Of a stretch of 64,000 nucleotides of DNA, positions 49,744 to 57,425 are shown piece after piece; the first letter of the stretch is position 1; the number at the start of each line of letters is the position of its first letter. The DNA is taken from IMG/VR virus record IMGVR_UViG_3300031998_000020; one strand, 5' to 3'. The notes under the pieces were generated by a model. That model made no database searches, had not been told where the DNA came from, and worked only from the letters and a program-made list of their open reading frames with translations. The position numbers and the translations under genes were made by a program. Source of the stretch: a virus. Lineage: Duplodnaviria > Heunggongvirae > Uroviricota > Caudoviricetes.

Positions 49744-50106
49744 ATGGCTAATATCATTATAACAGAAGAGCAGGAAGCACTACTCATGAACACAGTGCTG
49801 ACAAATAGCCCTGTAGAGGACTTAAGTGACAAGGTTCTTAGTGTTAAGAAGTATCTTGACAAGTATTTTCAGAAAGGGGATATCGACCAGATAAAGGACG
49901 GAAAACCCGATAAGCTGCAAATTGTGGTCATGAAAGCCGATAACGGCAAGATACTCAAGACATTGACAGACAAACAGTTATTTGACCAGGTACAGACTGA
50001 TTTCAGGAACATACTCCCAGAGAAAGACAGGGATGAGTTTCTCAAGAAAGTCATTATACATTGGTATAATAACAAAATAAGCGATTCAGGTACTATGCAA
50101 ACCTAA
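49744..50106 (+). CDS. Small late protein with IITEEQ motif
   Basis: MANIIITEEQEALL; TATTTATA at 49721. Confidence 0.7.
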   Translation: MANIIITEEQEALLMNTVLTNSPVEDLSDKVLSVKKYLDKYFQKGDIDQIKDGKPDKLQIVVMKADNGKILKTLTDKQLFDQVQTDFRNILPEKDRDEFLKKVIIHWYNNKISDSGTMQT

Positions 50107-50203
50107 TCGAAAGTATAACGAGGTGGCAAAGGTCCGTTAATATCACCATCGGATAGGACTGAGGACAATCAGATTGTCCAGCCTCACATTAAATTTTATT
50201 AAG

Positions 50204-50650
50204 ATGAGGAATTTTATTTTAAGAATTGCAGTCAGTTCAATTCTGTTAATCGGAATGACTGATGACTCTCCGAGAAAGGCCCCAGAAGGCCTTGAAACAC
50301 AGGTAGTGAACAACATTGCCAAGTGTGAAGAAAATGCTCCTACAGAGGCTAAAAAGCCTATTATAAGAGGCAAGGCAAGCCACTATGGAGGCAATTACAA
50401 GACTCAGAGAAAAATGGCTAACGGTGACTATTATCACCCAGGCAAGTATACGGCAGCAATGACCAAGGTGCCACTTGGTACGATGGTCAGGGTCAAGAAC
50501 CTCCAGAATGGCAAGGTTGTGGAAGTAGAGGTAACTGACAGAGGCCCTTTCGTCAAGGGCAGGGTTATAGACTTGTCGGTGATAGCAGCAGAAGCATTGG
50601 ATATCATTCATTGTGGTATTACAGACGTTGAAGTGACGGTGATGTCTTGA
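50204..50650 (+). CDS. rlpA: RlpA-like lytic transglycosylase (double-psi beta-barrel)
   Basis: GKASHYG, TAAM..VPLGTMVRVKNLQNGK.V.V.VTDRGPFVKGRVIDLS; signal peptide from ATG 50204. Confidence 0.9.
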   Translation: MRNFILRIAVSSILLIGMTDDSPRKAPEGLETQVVNNIAKCEENAPTEAKKPIIRGKASHYGGNYKTQRKMANGDYYHPGKYTAAMTKVPLGTMVRVKNLQNGKVVEVEVTDRGPFVKGRVIDLSVIAAEALDIIHCGITDVEVTVMS

Positions 50651-50654
50651 TATT

Positions 50655-50687
50655 AAAAGGTCAACAAGCTAATTGTTGGCCTTTTTT
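50655..50687 (+). terminator. Intrinsic terminator insulating the cas operon
   Basis: AAAAGGTCAACA / TGTTGGCCTTTT. Confidence 0.7.
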
Positions 50688-50716
50688 GTGTATTTTAGGC
50701 CTTTTTTGTTAACAAA

Positions 50717-50768
50717 TGTTAAAAAACGGCGAAAAATTTGGTGGTTCAAAAAAAAGTTCATACCTTTG
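50717..50768 (+). promoter_or_regulatory. Bacteroidota-type promoter of the cas operon
   Basis: TGTTAA 50717-50722, TTTG 50737-50740, TACCTTTG 50761-50768. Confidence 0.75.
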
Positions 50769-50817
50769 TACCCAGAAAACAAGGTATAGTACCGAAGTTG
50801 AATAAAATTTTGTTTGT

Positions 50818-51510
50818 ATGAAATATAGTATTCTAAAATTAAAAATTGAATTTGGTGGGACTGAGAAAGTCTTCACTGACCCAGTAGAGGATTATGTAAT
50901 TAGCTTTATCCACAAGGTTCTGGGTAAAAACAACAAATGGCACAGTGGATTTTCCGACTATAGTGTTTCGACACTACTCGGTGGTACTGCTAAAGATGGG
51001 GGCATGAGTTTTACAGATGGTGCCTATGTTTATGTATCTTCAACTAATGAGGATTTCATAAACACACTAACGGTTAACTTGGTCAAGAAGCAGGACGAAC
51101 TTTATCTTCGAGACATGAAGGTGACAAACTTTTCATTTCCGATGAGCACGGTCCATTCAGACTACGACCTTATCCGAACAAACAGCCCATTGCTATTGAA
51201 GGTCAAGGATGACAGGATTGTCACCTATCAAGATGAAGACTTCATTGACCTACTGACCAGTCAGTCACGCAAGAAGTTGTCACATCTCAATTGTTTCAGT
51301 GAGGATGAAATCGACAGCCTTAAAATTGAGCCATTCCATTTCGAGGGCGCATCTGTCAGATATGCAAAACGCAAGAATTTCTCTCTTCCAACCTCAATGG
51401 TAAAACTCATAGTAAAAGGAAAGGCAACATGCAGAAAGGCCCTTTACGAGATGGGGCTTGGAAATTCAACAGGATATTGCTTTGGCGCAGTAGAAATTTT
51501 AAGTAAGTAA
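50818..51510 (+). CDS. cas6: CRISPR-associated endoribonuclease Cas6
   Basis: IHKVLGKNNKWH...DYSVS, TNSPLLL, C-terminal Gly-rich loop GLGNSTGYCFG; first gene of the locus. Confidence 0.88.
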   Translation: MKYSILKLKIEFGGTEKVFTDPVEDYVISFIHKVLGKNNKWHSGFSDYSVSTLLGGTAKDGGMSFTDGAYVYVSSTNEDFINTLTVNLVKKQDELYLRDMKVTNFSFPMSTVHSDYDLIRTNSPLLLKVKDDRIVTYQDEDFIDLLTSQSRKKLSHLNCFSEDEIDSLKIEPFHFEGASVRYAKRKNFSLPTSMVKLIVKGKATCRKALYEMGLGNSTGYCFGAVEILSK

Positions 51511-51537
51511 GTAAATATAATTTATAAAGTTTTTATT

Positions 51538-52620
51538 ATGAAAAATTTATTGTTTAGAGTGGCCCTTAAGGGCAATGGCGTTGTTAATTTCGATGACAAC
51601 AAGCAGAAGAAGATGTTAGGTTTACATTGTGGTATGGACATTAGCTGGTCTTATAAGTACTACAACTTGAGTAAGAAGTCTTTCCGCAAGAAGGAAGGTG
51701 ATGACAAGGCTACCTACAACCTGAAAATCTCATCAACATGCCTTCGTCACGCATTGTTTGAGGACGATTACAAGGCAACCAATCCAACAATTTCTAAGGT
51801 TGACGTGTGTATGGCAGATTTCATTTCATCAGTTCCAGGTCTGTTGAGGGGATATATGTTCACTACACGAGGTTCAGGCAAGGGTGAGAATGCAGCGAAG
51901 GGTGACAAGGGCGAATGCTTTGTACTCAAGAGTCCTATTACTCTGACCAATGCAGAAGAGTGTACAGGAGCCATCCCTTACCTTGAGCTTAATTCCCCAA
52001 GCGGATACAAGCCTTCTAAGGAGAACGATGCAGACAAGAGTAGTACCAGTCTCTACTACACAGAGAATGTTGGTGACGTAATGTACAAGGCAAAGGGTGT
52101 AATTGACATCAAGTCGATGCAATTCCTGTCAGATGACCTACTCTTTGGACGTGTAGCGTTTAAGGACCAATGGCTTGAGGGTGACAGATTGCTGGACAAG
52201 GTATTTATGAACCATTACGGACGAATCCCTTACACAGAAGGCTTCTTCACCTCGACTAAGAATGTATTCGGTGAGCGTATTGCTGAGCATGGCGTAAAGT
52301 TCGACGATGAGTTTATCCGCTTCCTTGTTTGTGAAGCACTCAAGAGATTGCGCAAGATGAGTATCAAACGTGCAGGTGCTTATGCAGAGGTAACTTCTCT
52401 CCAGATTAAGATGGTCGACGATGGTACTTTTGACAACTTCGAGTCTGAGGACGGTTGGATGGAGGTGACTCCACAGTTGATTGAGAAGCTTTCCAAGGAG
52501 CTTGAAATCGATAACTTCTATGTCGAAGCCTCTGATACGCTCGTTAAGAAGACACGAGAGGAAATCGAAAAGGAGCTTCAAAAAGAGCGTGCTAAGGACA
52601 AGGCCAAGCAGAATGCTTAA
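51538..52620 (+). CDS. cas7: Cas7 backbone subunit (type I-B/DevR-like)
   Basis: N-terminal strand + N, KISSTCLRHALF, LRGYM, KSPITLTNA, SLYYTE...Y...IDI pattern of Cas7; CRISPR context. Confidence 0.8.
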   Translation: MKNLLFRVALKGNGVVNFDDNKQKKMLGLHCGMDISWSYKYYNLSKKSFRKKEGDDKATYNLKISSTCLRHALFEDDYKATNPTISKVDVCMADFISSVPGLLRGYMFTTRGSGKGENAAKGDKGECFVLKSPITLTNAEECTGAIPYLELNSPSGYKPSKENDADKSSTSLYYTENVGDVMYKAKGVIDIKSMQFLSDDLLFGRVAFKDQWLEGDRLLDKVFMNHYGRIPYTEGFFTSTKNVFGERIAEHGVKFDDEFIRFLVCEALKRLRKMSIKRAGAYAEVTSLQIKMVDDGTFDNFESEDGWMEVTPQLIEKLSKELEIDNFYVEASDTLVKKTREEIEKELQKERAKDKAKQNA

Positions 52621-52642
52621 AATAATGTAAATCAGAATAACT

Positions 52643-53560
52643 ATGACACATTATCTCATATTAAAGTTTGAGAATGCAGGACTGGTTTATGGAAGAAGTA
52701 AGCACTTTGTCAGAAGTACTTATGGGAATGTAGGAAATATAGAAGTGAGTGAGGGTCATGATTGTGTGACCCCCATTCCCTACACCCTACTTAGTAACAT
52801 ACTTCACAAGATGTGCGGTGAGATTCCAGTCCCCTCAAAGAGGCCAACCATATTCCACAGGAGTAAAGTGTTGGACGATATAGCCAAAAAGAGCTATGTC
52901 AAATACAATATCAAGCCTATTGCCAACGACAAGGGTTACGGATATGACAACACAGAAGTGTTTGTTACTGCAAAGTATGCTTATAATGCCCACCAAAAAG
53001 TCGACACGAAATTCACCCTACATGATGGTCGTGTAATTGAACGTGTAGGTAGGTATAACTGGTCATATTTGGAGAAGGCTTGTGATAGCAAAGCCAATTT
53101 CGATATTGTTTGTAACTTCTTGTCAGACATTATCGGTGAGGATTGTAGAAAATACACCATGAAGGAGTTTATCACGAAACTGTCAGAATATTGGGATAGC
53201 GAAGACTTCAAGGCAAAGTTTACTCAGTTCCTGACAGAAAACAAGTTCCTATCTAATGCATGGGTCAATTTGTTCACTAACAAATCATCATCGGGTAGTA
53301 ATACGAGTTACACATCAAAAACTCCATTACTCTACACAAGTGGTGTGTCAGATATTATATATCTTGATGGACAAATCGTGTGCCCGATTGATAACGAAGA
53401 CGTTATCCAGGCATTACATGATAACGGAGGTACGGCAACCATCCTTGAGCATGGTCTGGTTTACATCAAAAAGATTGTAACAAACCCCAACATGATAAAT
53501 CTGGAAGATGGTTACGAGAAAATCTTCGACGAGAATCAAGCACAAGCGATTGACAATTAA
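52643..53560 (+). CDS. cas5: Cas5-like RAMP, enlarged (305 aa) by a helical insertion
   Basis: YLILKFENAG first strand, TPIPYTLLSNILHKMCG helix, C-terminal GGTATILEHGLVYI loop; follows cas7. Confidence 0.65.
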   Translation: MTHYLILKFENAGLVYGRSKHFVRSTYGNVGNIEVSEGHDCVTPIPYTLLSNILHKMCGEIPVPSKRPTIFHRSKVLDDIAKKSYVKYNIKPIANDKGYGYDNTEVFVTAKYAYNAHQKVDTKFTLHDGRVIERVGRYNWSYLEKACDSKANFDIVCNFLSDIIGEDCRKYTMKEFITKLSEYWDSEDFKAKFTQFLTENKFLSNAWVNLFTNKSSSGSNTSYTSKTPLLYTSGVSDIIYLDGQIVCPIDNEDVIQALHDNGGTATILEHGLVYIKKIVTNPNMINLEDGYEKIFDENQAQAIDN

Positions 53561-53577
53561 GGTGTTATGGGCTATAG

Positions 53578-54461
53578 GTTGTTAGTCATATAGATACGTA
53601 AGGTAATCACAACGACAAACTGAATATGTCATCTGCTCACTTGTTGTTAGTCATATAGATACGTAAGGTAATCACAACCGTTCTTGATACCGTATTTTTT
53701 TCTTCTGGTTGTTAGTCATATAGATACGTAAGGTAATCACAACTAAAACATATCATTTGGAATCTGTATGATGCTGTTAGTCATATAGATACGTAAGGTA
53801 ATCACAACACACAGGCTCAGAATCTGGCAATCCAAGAGCTGTTAGTCATATAGATACGTAAGGTAATCACAACGACCAGTTAGCAGTTACTCCAAAGGCT
53901 CAGGCTGTTAGTCATATAGATACGTAAGGTAATCACAACGCCTGGGCGTTTCAATACACTCCCATCATGTTGTTAGTCATATAAATACGTAAGGTAATCA
54001 CAACTTCCACTTCTGGACAGCCGACACTTATCAGGTTGTTAGTCATATATATACGTCAGGTAATCACAACCCTGTGTTCCAACCTGCTTACTAAGAGACG
54101 TTGTTAGTCATATAGATACGTAAGGTAATCACAACGTTGGCGTATTTCCTGCCCTGGCAAGTCAGTTGTTAGTCATATAGATACGTAAGGTAATCACAAC
54201 GATGTGTGCCAGGATTACATTGCCCATGCAGTTGTTAGTCATATAGATACGTAAGGTAATCACAACTATATGTTCACTTGATTATGAATTCCTTTGTTGT
54301 TAGCCATATAGATACGTAAGGTAATCACAATACGTTTGAAGAGGCTCTTTGTGAAACCTAGTTGTTACTCATATATATACGTCAGGTAATCACAAAAGTG
54401 GTATTGGAGCCTTAGAACAAGCATTGCGTTTAACCATATAGATATGTAAGGTAATCAAAAT
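53578..54461 (+). CRISPR. CRISPR array: 14 repeats of 36 nt, 13 spacers of 29-30 nt
   Basis: Consensus GTTGTTAGTCATATAGATACGTAAGGTAATCACAAC; repeats start at 53578, 53643, 53708, 53773, 53838, 53904, 53969, 54035, 54100, 54165, 54231, 54296, 54361, 54426 (last degenerate). A further remnant lies at about 54489-54520. Confidence 0.99.
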
Positions 54462-54538
54462 AGAAAACAAGGCATAGTAATTGCTTTAATTGTTATATTT
54501 TTACGTAAGGTAATTTTTATTTTTTAAATTATTAATGC

Positions 54539-56974
54539 ATGAAAAATAATAGTAACAAAATTGCCAGTTTTTTAGGCAAAAGTGATGTTAATACATTAAA
54601 TCACTACTTGATTAATCATACTAAAATGGTTCTTAACCTTGGTATGAGATTGGCAGATAACGAAAAGGCATGTGGTTATCGAGAAACTATATGCAATGGG
54701 AAGGACGAGTTTATGAAGAAACTGGCCCTGACATTAGTATTGCATGATATTGGCAAAATTGTCAAGGATTTTCAGAGGTATCTGAGCAAGAAGAAGACAA
54801 AGGCAAAACTGCCTCATAAAGTTTATTCATGGGCATACGTATCCAAGCGAGTAAAAGGCATCAATACCGATAAAAGGGTATGTATCAAATCTGCTATACT
54901 CTATCATCATGCCAGTTATCACAAATATGACACGTCATCCAACACCATTCTGAACCAGATGAGTAATGAGGATTTGGCCAACATGGATGCTTTTTATCAG
55001 GAAATGTCAGATTATTGCGTTAAGACTTTTGGCGAGAAGTTCAATCTGACAAAAATGTTCCCAATTATTGAAGATAGTGATGAATACGGTCAGTCTGAAA
55101 CTATAGAGAAGGTTCCTCTATACCACGAGATAGAGTTCAATAATGACTACGAGAAGACTATGGATGCCTTTGAAATAGATTCAATGGCTCAGTTGATACG
55201 TGCAATTCTCATTAGGGTAGACAGATTGGTATCTGGAATTCGCAATCAGGATGAGTTACAGAAGATACTTGACAATGACATTGAGTTCATGGATAAGCAT
55301 TATTGCCAATTGTCAGAGGTAGAGTTCAAGGATTCCATTGAGTGTGTGGATACAAAAAAGTTTTTTATGAATAATGCCTCTAAGTATGATGTTGGGAGAT
55401 TGCAAGACCAATTCAGTATTCTTGACCTGACCAAGGAATTCAATCATAATGCTATCAAGGCATGTGCAGGTTTCGGTAAGACACTTTTGGGTTTAATGTG
55501 GTTTTTGAGGGAAAAGAAATCATTATTATGGGTTACATCCAAAAATACTATCGTATCGAACACCTATAATTCTATCAAGAAAGAGTTGATGACATTAGGA
55601 TTGTATGACAAGGTGCGTATTTGCTCGTATTTTGAAGGTAATGTCATAGACACTAACTGTCCAGAAATCAGTGAGGATGATATTGACAAATATGATATCC
55701 TTGTGACTAACATAGATAGTATAGTGAACCGTACAGCCAAGAATAGTAAGGCACACCTTATGTTCAATATGTATGAGTCACATGTGATTTTTGACGAATA
55801 CCATGAATTTAAGTCAAAGGAGGCCATATTCTCTGCGTTCATCAGATTGATGTACATAAGAATTCATCATACCAATGCCAAAACTCTTTTAATGAGTGCA
55901 ACAGCCTCTGATTTCAGCTATTTGTGGTGTAACGGAGTCAATATGATTAATGACACCGAGGTTTTGTATGGTAATGAAACAAACATAAAAGTCTTCTATC
56001 ATGCATATTGTAAGGATGAAAAAGTTAATCTTCCGTCAGGTGATGTTTTAGCTATTTGTCAAACAGTGCAACAAGCATGTGATTTGTATGAAACGAATAA
56101 GAATCATGATGATGCAACGCTAATTCATGCAAGGTTTACGAAGGCCGACAAAACTGCTAAATACGAGAAGATTATGTCAACTCATGGTGACGGTAAGTCA
56201 GACCTTTCAAAAAGAGGTCTGGTAATCGGTACAAGCATTATCGGTACTGGACTTGACATGAGCAGTAAGATTCTTTATGACGTGGCTACATCACCAGAGT
56301 CAACGATACAGAGGGCTTGTGGCAGATGTTCACGTTTCGGTGAATACAAAGACATTGAGTATCATGTTTGTGACATTATCGACGATAGCAAGACTATTGT
56401 CAAGCAAGACTATACATTACGACTAAATGAGTTGTGGTTGGCTAAGTTGAAAGAGTTAAACAATAAGACAATCACCAAAACAAGGCTCTATGAGTTGTAT
56501 GAAGAGTTCCAAAAGGAACATGAGTCGTTAATCAAGAAACATTATGCCGATTTCTTCAATACCAGTTCTAAGAAACTGGGGGCGATTAGGCCATACGGCA
56601 CATTGCGGAAAGATGATAAAGACGATGATGCAGAATACGTTGGAAAGAAAGGCTATAGAGGTGATAATGATAGTGTCTACGTCACTGCAAAAGACCCGAC
56701 AAATGGTAACAATTGGTCAAATGTAATTCTGGTTAACCTGTCACATCTCTCAAAGGAAGAGAAGAATTCACGCCCAAGGAAAAATTTCCTGGGAGACCCA
56801 CCAAAGCCATTTAATTACGGGGATGTGCTACGCTGGAAGACACTTTCCAGTTATTCAGCCGAAGAATGTCAACAATTTGCTTTTTGCAGCAAAAGTCCTA
56901 TACCATTGTTTGATTATATCTACGACTCTGAACTGGGCTTGAGATGTATTCATGGCAATGATGATAACGAATAA
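54539..56974 (+). CDS. cas3: Cas3 HD nuclease-helicase
   Basis: HD domain (NHT, LHDIGK, YHH, RVDRLVS) plus SF2 motifs CAGFGKT, IFDEYH, MSAT, IHARF, TGLD, QRACGRCSR. Confidence 0.95.
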   Translation: MKNNSNKIASFLGKSDVNTLNHYLINHTKMVLNLGMRLADNEKACGYRETICNGKDEFMKKLALTLVLHDIGKIVKDFQRYLSKKKTKAKLPHKVYSWAYVSKRVKGINTDKRVCIKSAILYHHASYHKYDTSSNTILNQMSNEDLANMDAFYQEMSDYCVKTFGEKFNLTKMFPIIEDSDEYGQSETIEKVPLYHEIEFNNDYEKTMDAFEIDSMAQLIRAILIRVDRLVSGIRNQDELQKILDNDIEFMDKHYCQLSEVEFKDSIECVDTKKFFMNNASKYDVGRLQDQFSILDLTKEFNHNAIKACAGFGKTLLGLMWFLREKKSLLWVTSKNTIVSNTYNSIKKELMTLGLYDKVRICSYFEGNVIDTNCPEISEDDIDKYDILVTNIDSIVNRTAKNSKAHLMFNMYESHVIFDEYHEFKSKEAIFSAFIRLMYIRIHHTNAKTLLMSATASDFSYLWCNGVNMINDTEVLYGNETNIKVFYHAYCKDEKVNLPSGDVLAICQTVQQACDLYETNKNHDDATLIHARFTKADKTAKYEKIMSTHGDGKSDLSKRGLVIGTSIIGTGLDMSSKILYDVATSPESTIQRACGRCSRFGEYKDIEYHVCDIIDDSKTIVKQDYTLRLNELWLAKLKELNNKTITKTRLYELYEEFQKEHESLIKKHYADFFNTSSKKLGAIRPYGTLRKDDKDDDAEYVGKKGYRGDNDSVYVTAKDPTNGNNWSNVILVNLSHLSKEEKNSRPRKNFLGDPPKPFNYGDVLRWKTLSSYSAEECQQFAFCSKSPIPLFDYIYDSELGLRCIHGNDDNE

Positions 56975-56977
56975 AAG

Positions 56978-57010
56978 AAAGGAGACTACCTTAACAGGTG
57001 GCCTCCTTTT
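56978..57010. terminator. Bidirectional terminator closing the cas locus
   Basis: AAAGGAGACTACCT / AGGTGGCCTCCTTT between convergent genes. Confidence 0.7.
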
Positions 57011-57013
57011 GTT

Positions 57014-57328
57014 TTAAGACTCTCCATCTCCAGTTTCGGGTTCGGGGTCATTCTCTTTCATCTTTGCCTCAATCTTTGCTCTTGTGTTGTCAATGATTGT
57101 CTTCGGAGCAGAAGACAAGCTTACCAAGGCACCGATGGAAATGACGAAAGCAGAAGCTCCGTACAGGTCAGTATCAATTTTTCCGTCTTTTGCATCCATG
57201 ATAATTGAAACTCCCAACATGATACCGAGGATGAAACCTAAGATAGTTGTTAGGAACATTGCAAATGACTTGACACTTATTTCAGACTTCGGAGTGAGAA
57301 TCTTGTAAAAAAAGCTAGTGTCTTTCAT
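57014..57328 (-). CDS. Two-TM membrane protein, holin candidate
   Basis: Two hydrophobic helices, charged C-terminus, TATTTATT late-type motif 20 nt upstream. Confidence 0.5.
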   Translation of the reverse strand: MKDTSFFYKILTPKSEISVKSFAMFLTTILGFILGIMLGVSIIMDAKDGKIDTDLYGASAFVISIGALVSLSSAPKTIIDNTRAKIEAKMKENDPEPETGDGES

Positions 57329-57425
57329 GTTTTTAAGTATTTGTTAGTAATAAATATCAAAAAAAACTTTCTTATGTAAAAAAAAATCAGTATCTTTGCA
57401 ATATAATTGTTTAAATATCACAATA

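Noticed and set aside
54539-56974. Type IV system with DinG helicase
   Set aside because: The helicase has an N-terminal HD nuclease domain and DExH Cas3 motifs, and Cas7 looks DevR/I-B-like.
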